DNA of 46,291 nt from Stramenopiles sp. TOSAG23-2 (taxonomy: Eukaryota): the NCBI GenBank assembly GCA_900128395.1, contig LT649281.1, positions 1 to 46,291 of the forward strand, written 5' to 3'. Below are positions 31,763 through 44,838 of the stretch, one piece after another. The stretch's first letter is position 1, and each line of letters opens with the position of its first letter. The position numbers and the translations under genes are program-made. Under the pieces are notes generated by a model. It saw only the letters and a list, made by a program, of their open reading frames with translations, was not told where the DNA came from and did no database searches.

Positions 31763-34700
31763 TTACAACGTTTCCAGTTTATTATTACCATCGTCCATCC
31801 TTCTTCTCAATGGACTATTGTTGGTTCCTGCAGCAACCGGGTTTGATTGAACCAATCGGCGTCTAATACGTCGATGTCGACTACTGCCGCGTATGACCCA
31901 ATTCAATTGATCTGAACTTGGCCATGCCTTTGATAATAACGTATCAGTAGTATTCATTGAATTACCACGACTTGGTGCTCGTAATACAAGAAGTGAAGGA
32001 AATGTACCGCTTTTTCTATTATTCGATTGGCTATTTTTTGTGTAATTATTATTATTATTACCACCACCACCAGATGATTGCATGTATGATGGTTGCTCTA
32101 CATCCTCGTATCTTTTGCGAGTATCCATTTTCTTGAATCCATTACCTTCCATAGTATTTAGCTCACCGTCATCTTCATATCGCCTACCACTGCTTTGTCC
32201 ACTACTGCTGCCACCCATGTCACCGAAATCACCTTCCATAAAATTCATCATATTACCGCTTTGGTTGTGAAGTTCACTTCCAACTTCTGGAGTTGATGGC
32301 AATTGATCGTATAAAAAAGAACTTTTACGACGTATTGGTACCGATGCAGCTTGCCCTATCAACATATTATTATTATTATCACCACCTCCAGTACTTTCCA
32401 TAAATTGTAATTCACTGGATAATGGACGAATACGTTTGGGAGTTGGGGGAGGTATAAACAATGTATGGAAGTTAACAACGTATACTAATTCTGACCTACG
32501 CTCTTTTTTTCTTGATTTCTTCCCAAACATTATAGTAGAACCATTCTGAAGACTAACTCGAGCTATCGAACACCTTTTACCATCAACATACGTGCCATTT
32601 GTACTATTACAATCTACCAAATGCATTTGAGGAACACCTTTATTATCAAATGTGCTATATATCATGGCATGAACTTTACTAACCATTCGACTTTGAATTT
32701 TAGAATCCAGTACCAAATCACAACTTCTTTCTCTACCAACAACAGTTCTCCCTTCATAAATACGCAATTCCTTTGGTATGTCACGCAATATTTCTTCATC
32801 TATATTATTACTGTTAAAAGTTGCTGGATTCAAGTTATTGTTGTTGTTGTTGTCATTATTATTATTGTTGTTGTTGCTAGAAGATGATTTAGAATCTTCT
32901 ATTAATTGTAAAGTTGCACAAATTGGTCTTGACGGTGATGGTAATATCTTTGTTTTTGCATTACTCTTTTTCTTGACATTTGTTTTAATTGGCGTTGGCA
33001 TCAAATTGTTTGCACCATTAGAGATACCACCACCACTCATCATTAAAGTTGATTTTTGAAGTGTGCCGCTGTTATTATTTGACAAGCGCATCATCATATT
33101 AGGTTGCTTTGGCGGCGTTTCTATTGCGACTGGACTTGGTTCAACTGTATGAAGTGGGAATATTTGTCTAGGTGGTTGCTGGCGTTGTTCAAGGTCATTA
33201 TATGGTGTACCATTCATCATGGCGCCTTCAACATTTTGCACTGCATTTTTCAGCATATTAATAATTGTTTCATATTTTGGCAAAGTTCGCTCCTCCTCTA
33301 TATCATCTTTATCAACAGGTATTGGCTCAGCAAATGTCGGACTGACACGTCCTTTTCGCTTTTTCTTAGTCGATTTAATTTGTTTTACATTTTTGCTTGT
33401 ATCCTTTTTCTTATTATTACCCCCAAAGAAAGTTTTCCCTGTACCAACATTATTAACCATGGATCGAAGGAGATGTTCGCTTTTAATTGTTTTCTTCTTC
33501 GTATTTTTCTGTTTTCCCCTCTTGTCCATGGTTGATTTTGCAACTGTTTTTTGTTTTTCTTTGATTTCATCTTCCATATCTTCTAGCTCAAATGTATCAT
33601 CCTTATATTCAAACTCATCATCATCATAGTTTCCATCTTCACTACTATCTGGTATTATCTTGCGCCTATCACCCATCTTCGTCGCTTTTTTCATTTTCTT
33701 ATTTTGTTTTGGTTTAATACCCTTTTTTAATGCCATTTTCTTTTTATGTTGTTTTAAATAATTACGTCGTTTTAAATCGTTTAACGATTTTGGTGGGTGT
33801 TTTAAATAATCGTCTACGTCTTCTTCAATCCCTTGTTTAAATTCAGTTATTAATTGTTTATGTACAGATTGCAAAGGCTTATCGTTCATATGATCCAAAG
33901 TCAAAGCGTAAAAATGCTTCTCTTTTTCCATCTTGAATCGTCTGCTCTTCTCAATTGCCATTTTTTTCGCTAATTTATCTTGCTCTTTCAACGTATCAGA
34001 TATTTTCCTCATTCGTTTTATATTTGTTTCTGTTAACTTAATCTCTTGATCTAAACGTTGGATATTGGATATTTTCTTCCTTGTCCGTTCTAAGCTGGCT
34101 TTTGCTTGCATTTCAACAAATTCCACATCTTTGATTTCTTGTTCATCTAATTTAACAGTTTGATCCTTTTTAGACAATAACTGTGGTTTGAACAACATGT
34201 TTTTCTTTATTTTTCGTGGTGCAAATAAATCCTCGCCACCACGTTGTGTACCATTTAACTTTCGTCGGGCACGTATCCGTTTTATATGTTGCTGTATCAT
34301 CCGTTGGCTCCGACCTGATGGAGTTTCTGTTTTCCCATCTAACACGTCTTGTCCAACTAAAAATCGCGGCGAAGTTAATTTTTTACGTATATATTTCTGA
34401 AGATCGGTAACTGAAGGTTTTCTAATTTCCAACGACAACTGTATTGGTGCGGAAGATGCATTTAATGATTGTCTCAACGTTTTTGTATCCATTGTACTAC
34501 GCAAAAATTTGTAAAAACTATCAAAATTTCGCTCTACACCAGTTGCCATGTGAAAACGTTTGGTCATCGTAGAACGTTTCGGTTTCTTTGCTATATAATA
34601 ATCTTCTTTCTCGCTATCACGAAATACACCAACAACGTGGTTAGTAATAAAATGCCCACAATAACAAATCAATGGCTTCGTACTATCGGCAACACCAAAT

Positions 34701-36378
34701 TTATTACAATCACATTTTGAACAGTATCCATACCTATCTGCATCTCCTATACGGTATGAATTACCCATGCCATGGCCTGTACCTAATTTTTTAATCAATA
34801 AAACACTTTTTAATCCATTTATATGCTGACGCCTATATGCTTCACGTCGATCAAACAAACACCTGGCGAGATATCCGCGTATCATTTTTTGTATCAAAAT
34901 TGCACTACGCTTACGTTTTGCAACTAATTTTCTATAAAGTACCATTGTAATATGTTTTTTATGTCTAGCAAGAATCCAATTTTTAATATATATTCCACTA
35001 GCTACTTGTAACTTTATACGATTTGCAGTCGCTATACGTTGCAACGGTTTTCTACTTTCATATAATTTTTCAACAATTAATTTATGATCTCTAGCCCACT
35101 TTAACCTTTTTAATTTGTTTCTGCCTAATTTACCTCTCATGAATTTTTGCAAAAATGTTGCTGCGTCGATTTGATCTAACAAGTGCAAAACGTAATTTCG
35201 TGCTAGTTTACCACGCATGACAGCTTGTATTTTAATTATTTTTCGTAAATATTTTTGTTGTCCAATTTTTTTAATAACTTTAGCCAGAAATTTTTTTCTA
35301 AATACATACATTTTCCATGTTGCTTGAATTTTGGCTGCACATTTGATTTTTAAACGCAGCAAATCGACAAAATTACGCGCAGCTTTGCCTCTATATATTC
35401 GCTGTAACTTAACAATGAAAAAGTTCATCTTTTTCAATCTTGCGATTTCCTTTAAAGCATCTTCTACCATTTTTGCAATACGACCTTGTGCTTCCCGCTT
35501 ACCCAACATCCGTCGAAAAAAACCTTGTAACAAAATTGCAGCATTGAGACGGGCCTCTGTGAAAAATAAACATACATATATATATAAATCATGTGTTAGT
35601 GTATAAATTAAAATGTATGTGTATGTGTGTATATATATATATTACGTTATGTTAGATACTTACCAGGTTCTAAATATTTTTTATAATACCATTCTTTATA
35701 TTTACGATGTGGAGTTAACACTTTATATTTAATCTTTTCTTTTGTTCTATGTATGCGATTTTTAAAATTTTGCACAATTTTCCTAGGATCAATACTTTCT
35801 CTTTTTTTCTTTTTGCTACTTCCAAAAATAGCCTCTAATGCTGCTTTTTGATCACCAACCCCTGCTTCTAGTAGTGGTACGATTTTAATAGCATGCCCAC
35901 ATTCAATAGCATAATCTTTCGCAGTTTTCCCATACATATTGGTTAAATCTACTGAACAACGTGGTCGTTTTTGTTCATCAAATAATAAAGTTGGAATTAA
36001 TAAACTATATCCTGCTTTACAGGCTTCAATTAGTGGTGTCATACCAAACTTATTTTCATAATCTGCATCTGCACCACGCTCGATGAGTTTGCGTATTGGC
36101 ACCCTTAAACCATATCTACATGCTGCTATCAATGGTGTATTACCATATGTATCTTCCCAATTTACGTCTGCACCATAATTATCTATTAGCATATATACTT
36201 TCTCAAAATCACCTTTTCGCATAGCATCTGTATAATCAGCATATATAACGCGAAGACCTTCTCGTTTCTCCGCTTCAACTCTTGCTTTAGCCTCCTTTAA
36301 CTTGGCCTCGTAAGCTAACTTTGCATCTGCTTCCGCTTGTTTTCTACGCTCTTCAACAAGCTTTTTCGCTGCATCCAT
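31763..36378 (-). CDS. Ankyrin-repeat + IQ-motif + Cys/His cluster + FHA-domain protein (2 exons; intron 35557-35663)
   Basis: Ankyrin repeats (GNTPLIAAC, GMTPLIEAC, GKTAKDYA). A GTAAGT...CTAAC...CAG intron gives in-frame EPE-ARLNAAILLQGFFR. About 6-7 IQ motifs. FHA motifs VVGR, MVSKVHA and DCNSTNGTYVDG. Confidence 0.88.
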
Positions 36379-37072
36379 GGTTTATAGTATTTACTTATAT
36401 AAAAAAACAATAGCAAAGGAAGGTAAATGCTTGTGCTATTGTTTGTATATTCCTTTTCAGGTAATACTTTTTCTATCGCTTTTCAAATAAAACTATTATA
36501 AATTTATAAAATGGAGCATGATTTCTATCTTATGGTGTTTTAATATAAAGTTTGTTCGTTGTTGTTGTATCGATGTTTTTGTATAACATATCCAATAAAC
36601 TGTGCATGTTGTATGAGAGTGTGATATATATATATATAAGTTAATAATAATAAAAGAGGTGCATCATGTTATATAATAATAGTAATAATAATAAGTAACG
36701 TAAACATTATTAAAGCACTAAACAAACAAAATAAAAGCACAATGCCACATAATAATAACACTATATAACATATAACATATAACACACAATAGCATCTTTC
36801 ATTTCGCATAAATCAGATATAAACAACACCACACAGTATTGTGATATTGTGTTAAAGTGCATTCAGCTTTTTATAATAAGCCGTAATACTATTGAATATA
36901 TTGAAGGTTCTAGAAAATAAAAGACTGTAAATTATTATACACCAATTTGACCTCATTTTAACACTGAAGTTACACAATCCAATATAGAAATACCGTCCCC
37001 TTTTTTTGGACGAGAAAAACATTTTTAAAACTTTCTCTCTCTCTCTCTCTACACACACGCACAGAGACGAGA

Positions 37073-38003
37073 TCATCTTCGTGCCATTGCTTCACTTGTA
37101 TATTTTAATCCTAATTTACCATTATTTGTTAATTTATTTTTACGTGCTTGACGTGCACGATCACGTTCTTGAATATCTTGCCATCGTCTTTCCATTCGTA
37201 ATGATTGGTTTGCACTTTTTTCACTTGTTTTAATGGACGAACTTAAAAAATGAAAAGATGCATCAAAACTATCAATCCATATATCTCTTTCTACTACTGA
37301 ATCTGCTTCAAGTTCAAGCTATCCATATTTGTAAAACAAATTGTATATATATTTGCATATTTAAGTATTTGATAGTTAGTAATAAGTTAAATGGTAATAT
37401 TTACAAAGTAAGGAGTTATAATTTATAATTTTGAAAAGCTTTCTGCGCTGCTCTACTTACAATTCTATCGCCATTATTATCTTCTAATATTAATCTTCTA
37501 GTTTCTGCCTCACTGGATTTCTCTGTACAATGTGATCTACTTGCACGAGTTATTTGATACAAAGGTATTTGTTGCATTGCTTTTGGTTGATTATCAATAT
37601 TTGCTAATGTTTTCCACTCAAGGGTTGTATCATCTTTAATAATGGACAACCATATTCCTTCTCCCAATTTTGCTTTTGATGATGTATCTAGTCCATTACC
37701 TGTTTCATTATTATTATTATTATTATTATTACTATTACCACTAAACATGCCAAGGACTGAACTAGCATAATTGGTGGCAGCAGCTGCTAGTGTCGATGAA
37801 CCTCTTGATTTACCTACATATATTAATTTAAACATTCCACCCGCTCTTAACATTGGCAATTGCTTTCTATAAAAGTTCCTACCTCTTTTTTTTTCAGGAG
37901 ATACACCGTAAATTAAATCACCAATCAGTTCACAACATTTATTTGATGACAATTCTCCACCACCACTATCATCATTTGTATCTACTTTTCCATATCCACT
38001 CAT
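37073..38003 (-). CDS. PH-like domain protein with C-terminal coiled coil (2 exons; intron 37319-37460)
   Basis: Exon 1 is ORF 37416..38003 up to the GTAAGT at 37460. Exon 2 reads LELEADSVVERDIWIDSF (PH C-terminal helix with Trp)...GLKYTSEAMARR* ending at 37073. Confidence 0.8.
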
Positions 38004-38532
38004 GTCGAATTAGCACTATTATTTGTTCTTCCTATATTATATTATATGATATAAATATACATATATCTGTATTATTATATACGTTTTGCTCATTATTTCT
38101 TAATTTCTTCTCTATTTCATCATAATTCATTTCTTTTTTTTTGTAAAATGTTTAAAAATTGTTTGATTTGTTTATGTTGTTGGTAAAAAAAAAAATTTCG
38201 TGTTATTCTAGAGTTATAATATAGGGTTATTTCTCACCAGACTTTTTAATAATAACAACAATATATATAGTCGAAACAACACATTATATATATACTGCAC
38301 TAATAATATTAATAACAACAACAACAACTACTACTACTACTTCTATTTAGTAATCCACAACTTATCGACTAAAATAAATTAATATATATATACATACATA
38401 CATAAGTGTATATATCATTCAATACCAATAAAGGTGGTAAATATTTCTAATAATTGCCGTTTATTTTATTATTATAGTGGTGTTACTAATATTTTCAACA
38501 TCAAGATATATATAATATTGAAGAAAAACAGC

Positions 38533-39720
38533 ATGGCAAGGGGTTCACAATTATATACACAGTATTATTTAATACAATTTTTAGTATATTTAATTGTAGG
38601 TATTATGGGAGTGACGATGTTTGTCACAATATCGCCGCAATGTAAGCCAATGTGCCCAGTTGCTTCGGCGGATGATCTCGCAGTGAATGGGTATGATAGA
38701 GATAATAGGATGTATGGAATGAAGGCAACAAAAGATGCAACGCCGGCTGGTGAAAATGGTGCACCACATGAGTTTACCTATTATTATAGTTGTAATATGT
38801 CAAGTGCTATGGGGACACCAGGTTGGTGGAATGGAACTGGTGAAGCTGCGATACGAAAAATATGGGAAACGGCGGTTAAGCAAAGTGCTAATCCAAATTT
38901 TTCTGGAAATCAAGTCTATTATTCGTGGGAAAATGAAACCACTGGACTATGGGACAATAGTAAGAAAGATTCTAGAACAATCACAATCGGGGAAGAAACA
39001 TTTAAAATTAAAAGCAAATGTTATGTATGTTGTGATCCGCAATATATGGCTACAAATGAAGTATGTATGCCATCAATTAGTGGTAGTATTGTATATTCAT
39101 GGTGTCAAACACCAAGTGCTTGTGCTAGTGGTTTCATGCCTGTTACAAACTTCCCAACACCACCAGACATTGCATTGCGTACTTTAGCAAATACGCAATT
39201 ACTTGTATTAGGAACTTTTTATTGTATACAAGCATTGATGTGTTTAAGTATATATTGTGGTGTTAAACGCTTTCAAGATAAATACGAAGAAGATTTTGAA
39301 GGCCAAAATATGAGTTTTTGGGATGGATTATGTGGTTTTTTTGCTAAGCGATCTCCATTAATCAATCGTATTATCAATACATTAACAATTGCACTTATCA
39401 TTATAGGTATAGTAGTATCATTAACAAATTCAGTATGCGTTGATGCACATGATCAATTTGGACGAAAAACATATTACCCAACATTGGAATTTTTTGTTAT
39501 TTTTGTTCTAGTCATTTTTTGCTCTACCTGTGCATATGGTACATACTTTCGTTGCATGCATGTTAATGATACTATATTTAATTTACCATATGCAAGCGAA
39601 GGTGATGATATATACGGGAAAAACCCAACAGAATTATGTATTGATGAAAGGAGACCAGTCGCATGTATTTTAAAATGCTGTCGTGCTTTTGCCATATTAT
39701 GGTGTAAATTTGGGCCGTAG
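38533..39720 (+). CDS. Four-TM membrane protein with a large Cys-rich extracellular loop, function unknown
   Basis: ATG at 38533. Hydrophobic helix, then a loop of about 190 aa with many Cys and N-x-S/T sequons, then three more helices. Confidence 0.75.
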   Translation: MARGSQLYTQYYLIQFLVYLIVGIMGVTMFVTISPQCKPMCPVASADDLAVNGYDRDNRMYGMKATKDATPAGENGAPHEFTYYYSCNMSSAMGTPGWWNGTGEAAIRKIWETAVKQSANPNFSGNQVYYSWENETTGLWDNSKKDSRTITIGEETFKIKSKCYVCCDPQYMATNEVCMPSISGSIVYSWCQTPSACASGFMPVTNFPTPPDIALRTLANTQLLVLGTFYCIQALMCLSIYCGVKRFQDKYEEDFEGQNMSFWDGLCGFFAKRSPLINRIINTLTIALIIIGIVVSLTNSVCVDAHDQFGRKTYYPTLEFFVIFVLVIFCSTCAYGTYFRCMHVNDTIFNLPYASEGDDIYGKNPTELCIDERRPVACILKCCRAFAILWCKFGP

Positions 39721-40633
39721 AAAGAAGAAAGAAAGGAAAATTATATAATATCTATAGATGAGATATTATGTGTGAGGAGTGAGGAGATTTAACCTGTGGT
39801 ACTTTTTAAAAAAGAAGAAATTAAAAAAATTATGCCTGAAAGCAAAAGAAAAAAAACATATGAATAATGAATACACGTCCCGTATAAACTTTTACGAAGT
39901 TCCGGTTCGATTTCAGTAATGTTTTTTATGCCTACTCCCCTACTCCCCTGATACCTTTATACGACTTCGTACATTTTATTATTGTTGTGTAAAATATTTG
40001 GACTCTATTTTAGACACCTCGTGAGAACAAATTACCCGCCCCCTCCTCAAATTTTACCGCTTTCCTTTACGTTTCTGTGGACTCATTGGGCTTCCACTAG
40101 TATGACTACTACTCTTTTTTATTTTTGACCTTTTCTCACCTATCAATAATCGTGATAAAATAAAGCGTTCAATCCGCTGCTCAAATGCTACATACGGATT
40201 TGGAAATACAATACATGCAACGATTTATCTGGCTGTGCAAATTTTCACTCTCTATTTCGTATATGAATCCTTCTTCTTCGAATACAATAAATGTTCACTA
40301 TATTTATCGACTATCTGACCTGATGGAATGCACAATCCCTTCCAGATCTACACAGAAACCTCCTCTCGAAATACATATACAATTTCACAATTATGTATAC
40401 ATATATATATATATATGTGTACACCATCGTATATCTATGTTAATGTTATTTGTTTCAATCCAGCAATGCAACCAATGCTGCTATGCTGGTGCTACATGAG
40501 TGAAAATCTAACCGTAAGGTTTGTAGTGATGTGTAGTGTGAGAACGTGAGAACCTATCTATATGGGGGCAGAAAGCAGAAAGTGGCCAAATAATGGCCAC
40601 GAGATAGCATGGCACAGCACTCACTACAATTTG

Positions 40634-40861
40634 CTAGCACGCACACACCATTAGTAATGCTATTCCATGCTAAGTTCAAAATTGGCCGGAGCAGACGACA
40701 CACAGCACACAGCATGGGCTAAAATACATCAATAAATTATATCGATACTAGCACGCACACACCATTAGTAATGCTATTCCATGCTAAGTTCAAAATTGGC
40801 CGGAGCAGACGACACACAGCACACAGCATGGGCTAAAATACATCAATAAATTATATCGATA
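40634..40861. repeat. Perfect 114-bp tandem duplication
   Basis: ctagcacgcacacacc...ttatatcgata at 40634-40747 and 40748-40861. Confidence 0.95.
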
Positions 40862-41250
40862 CACTATTAGAAAATGGGGTCTCACTATTTCCAGTAGCAT
40901 GACATAGCATTACATCGTATTATATAGGTAATCAATAAGTAATTAGTCTACATAAAGTATAAGTGGCCTTAAATAATAACAAGTGCTATATATATACTAA
41001 TACTAAATAGGCTAAATTTAAGGTTTTTATCGATTTGTGTTAAAATCCACTTTATAATAATAGATGGACACATTACAAATAAACCAAACACCAAACATAT
41101 ATATATACATCATGAATTGACCTTAGCGAATCACATTCTTCCATCGAATTCATTCAAACATAACCATATATATATATATATATTTTATAGTTTCATTCTA
41201 GAACAGGATACACTGTAGAAATCGACATAATATATTTATTGTGTCTTCTT

Positions 41251-41281
<31 letters not shown>

Positions 41282-41319
41282 CTGTCCGGTGGTGGCGGTG
41301 GTTGAACACATTAATAACA

Positions 41320-42979
41320 ATGTTATTATTATTTAAAAACAATAAGAAATGGAATCAGAACAAATGTTTCATATTGGTGATATTCGTTATATTCATAATA
41401 ACTACATCAACAACAATTCTTGCATCGAACAATGGCGATGATAATGAAAGCCACGAAGATGACGACAACGAAGAAGGTGGTGTGAATAGGATAACTTCCA
41501 TTTGTATCATTGGTGCTGGCCCAGCTGGAATCCAGTTAGCAAGTTTAATTAATACAGAAACAAATCATACATTTAAAATATTTGAAAAAAATGATCGAAA
41601 TACATTTTTTTTAAATAGTTATATAAAAAGTGCATCTATACGTAAATTAAATACAATTGCAAGCAATAATAATAATAATAATCACATATTACCAGATCAA
41701 TTAACATTATTATCAAATAATAAAACATTAAAAACATTCAAGGATTTTTTTAGTACAAGTGGTATCAAATTATCATGCCCTTCAATTATTTATGAAGAAT
41801 CAAAACATAATAAAAATAATAACAACATGGTAATGAATGATGATGATGATGATACAGCAACATTACTCAAACATTGGGATATGAAAAGTATTATTTCTAT
41901 TAACGATATACGTAAAGATATTTCCATTTTAACTAATAAATATGATCGTATTATTTTTTGTACTGGTTTTCATGATGGTAAATGCGGATAATACGCCGTT
42001 TGATATTTGGAAATCGAATCGTATTTCTATGCCAGATTTAGTTACAGGTGAATATTTAATTAATAGGGCATTAACACGTCGTGATTATCATCATATGAAA
42101 GCATTACCTGGTAAAATATGTGATGTAATTACGATACGAGGAGGTGTATGTGAGGCAAAACATTATGAAGAAGTAAGTGCTAACGACGAAGAGAATATTG
42201 ATGAAAATGGAAACAATCTTCCATCGCAATCATCGGCAATAAATATGTTTAAAGATCCAAGGATATATTTTAAAGATGAATCATTTAGTCGTTATTATCA
42301 TGATGTTAATTTACAATTTGCGCCACAACTGGCAAGACTTGCAAGATCGGTAGACTTGCTAACTATTTGTTATAGTGATGATGGTAATGTCAACAATGGA
42401 AAAAACGATGATTTATTATCAGTACAAGATTATTATCATCCTCATTTTAATGATGCATATAAATCATTAGGTGGTGAGGCGCAAAATATGACAAATATGA
42501 CAACAAATATTTTAAAAACACCGAAATTAAAATCTAGTCGTAATAATAATAATAAACGTGTTCGAGATGGAGTAAAAATTGGCCCAAGTGTAAATTTTAA
42601 TGGCAAACATGTTGTTGTATCATATTTTGATATGACTATACATGATAATGAACCATATGTTCATTTTGGATGGAAAGATCCATTATTATCAGTTTATAGT
42701 AATACAAATAACGATGGCGAGGATAAGAAGAACAGCCAGATCAACAAAAGCAAAAGGAAGTTCAATAAATTGACGTTGTATCCAAAATTTAGTTATCATT
42801 TTGAACCAAGAAAACGTTATACGTTCATACGACCATTGCAATGGTTTTTGCATAATATTGTAAAAACTATTAAACCACATCGTGAAACAAATTGTGAAAG
42901 ATGGGAAGAAGGTGATAGGATCAGTCGAGAGAATATGATGGGAAATAATTATTTTGTTGAAATGAATGCGATGGATTGA
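41320..42979 (+). CDS. Secreted/ER FAD-dependent oxidoreductase-like protein (divergent FOXRED2-like), split over two frames
   Basis: Signal-peptide-like N-terminus, ICIIGAGPAGIQLA...IFEK dinucleotide-binding motif and YDRIIFCTGF. The second ORF ends with FIRPLQWFL, similar to the FOXRED2 C-terminal motif as I recall it. Frame change near 41975-42035. Confidence 0.55.
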
Positions 42980-43311
42980 GGATTGGCGGAGTGTGAAAGG
43001 TGAAAGGGTGGAGGCGGCGTGACAGCTCATTTAAAAATATATTTTGCATATTTTTACAAAATCGGTGTGGTGTGTGTGGTGTGTGGTGTGTAAAAAGAAA
43101 AATATATTAATACGAGTACGAAGTAATATGAAGTATGTGTTTTACTATTGATGTGTATGATTTTTAAAAATACCCTTTACCCTTTAATATACCCCCAATA
43201 AATTTTGTTTGTTTGTTATTTTATAAGGAGTTTTTAATTTTTTTTTGCACACTGGCAAACGGCAATACTCATATTTGCATCATGTACGCGAGTAATTTAG
43301 TGTTCAGTCCC

Positions 43312-44838
43312 TCACTTACGAAAGAAAGACGATGAATTCCCACCACCACCACCACCTTTCTTTTTATTGTTTGATGATTTGCCACGTTTGTTCTTGTTTT
43401 TACTTTTATTATTATTATTATTATTATCACCACCCCCATTACCATTACCACCACTTTTTTTATTATTACGTTGAAAAGGTGATTTTGAACGATTTCGATT
43501 ATTATTATTGTTTTTGTTATTCTTTTTTGTCTTGTTGTTATTATTACTTCTTGGTGATTTGGAACGGTTGCGATGTTTATTATTATTATTGTTGTTGTTG
43601 CTGTTGTTGTTGTTATTATTTTTACCACCCTTTTTCTTCTTATCACCACTAAAAACCATGCGAGAATCTTTCTTTCGATTATTATTATTATTATTTCGAC
43701 TTCCACCACCACCACCACTCCTACGGGAACTCCAACCAGGCATCATATCTCTCATACTAGGACGCATTTCATTTGCTCTTCCACCACGATCTGGTACAGT
43801 TCCAATAATAACACTTTTTACTGTACTGTTTAAACTTGCCTCGGTTACACGTATTTCCTGTTCTTCACGTAAAGATGGTGTTGCATCAAAGATTTTATTT
43901 GGATTAATAACCGGACGTGGTTCTTTCAATTGTTTTATTAATGGATCAATTGCATTTAATAATTCATCTTCTTGACCAACAACTTTATCAGACCATAAGA
44001 AAGATTGAATGGTAACATCCAAACGTTTTATTAACATTTGCCTTCTTACATCATAATCCGAACGCATTGCTTTACTAATGTCAGATAATATACTCAATTC
44101 TTCTGGCGTTTGTGCTGAACGTTTTAATAATCGACGTGTTTGATCAAAGTAATTATCTGGTAATTTACGTTTCAATGATTTTACTTTTGAATGTATCATA
44201 TCCAACATTTCCATATTTGATAAATTTTGATATTTTTTATCTTTAATGGATATCCTAAAATGTGTAAATATACGTTCCAAACAATTACGTATTAAATCTT
44301 GGTTAATACCGGTAGTATCAGCACTGTTTTGAGATTTTTTTTTCTGTTTCATTGTGTTATTATTGTTGGTTTTGTTGTTGGAATTAAGTGTTTTTTCTTT
44401 GTATAATCGTATCTTATGTACACGTTGAATTTGTACATCTGTTGTTAAAAAATCAAGAATAATCGTTGCATTGTAATTATTAAATGTATTTCCTGTTAAA
44501 TTTTTTGGATTTGATAATGGATATGGAGAACCACGCAATTTAAATAACAATAACACTGCATTGAATGATTTAGATGCATGTTGTAAGTTACGTATTTCTT
44601 TATCATGAACTAGCGATGTAATTAAATAATCATGTAATGTACCACAAATAGTTAAAAATTCAGTAGATTTTAATGCCCAACTTGGTATTTCTGTTTCCGT
44701 TTTTAATGGTATTATGTTTGGTATTTTTAAATCAATTAATTTCACATGTACATCTTCATATCTTGTAGCAAGGTTTGCATGGTTATTATTATTGTTATCA
44801 TCATTCTCCACATCCATAGAATTCGAAATCGATGCCAT
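43312..44838 (-). CDS. FAM98: FAM98 family protein (DUF2465; tRNA-ligase complex subunit family)
   Basis: DYDVRRQMLIKRLDVTIQSFLWS and IIGTVPDRGGRANE are hallmark motifs. Low-complexity N/K/G tail. Confidence 0.9.
   Translation of the reverse strand: MASISNSMDVENDDNNNNNHANLATRYEDVHVKLIDLKIPNIIPLKTETEIPSWALKSTEFLTICGTLHDYLITSLVHDKEIRNLQHASKSFNAVLLLFKLRGSPYPLSNPKNLTGNTFNNYNATIILDFLTTDVQIQRVHKIRLYKEKTLNSNNKTNNNNTMKQKKKSQNSADTTGINQDLIRNCLERIFTHFRISIKDKKYQNLSNMEMLDMIHSKVKSLKRKLPDNYFDQTRRLLKRSAQTPEELSILSDISKAMRSDYDVRRQMLIKRLDVTIQSFLWSDKVVGQEDELLNAIDPLIKQLKEPRPVINPNKIFDATPSLREEQEIRVTEASLNSTVKSVIIGTVPDRGGRANEMRPSMRDMMPGWSSRRSGGGGGSRNNNNNNRKKDSRMVFSGDKKKKGGKNNNNNNSNNNNNNNKHRNRSKSPRSNNNNKTKKNNKNNNNNRNRSKSPFQRNNKKSGGNGNGGGDNNNNNNKSKNKNKRGKSSNNKKKGGGGGGNSSSFFRK

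Noticed and set aside
39904-39915. tRNA-like B-box (ggttcgatt)
   Set aside because: No upstream D-arm or acceptor-stem pairing.
43269-43975. Several overlapping ORFs rich in poly-Ile, Leu, Tyr, Val or Cys (also 31009..31521, 32621..33629 and similar)
   Set aside because: Shadow frames of (AAT)n/(GGT)n tracts within real genes.
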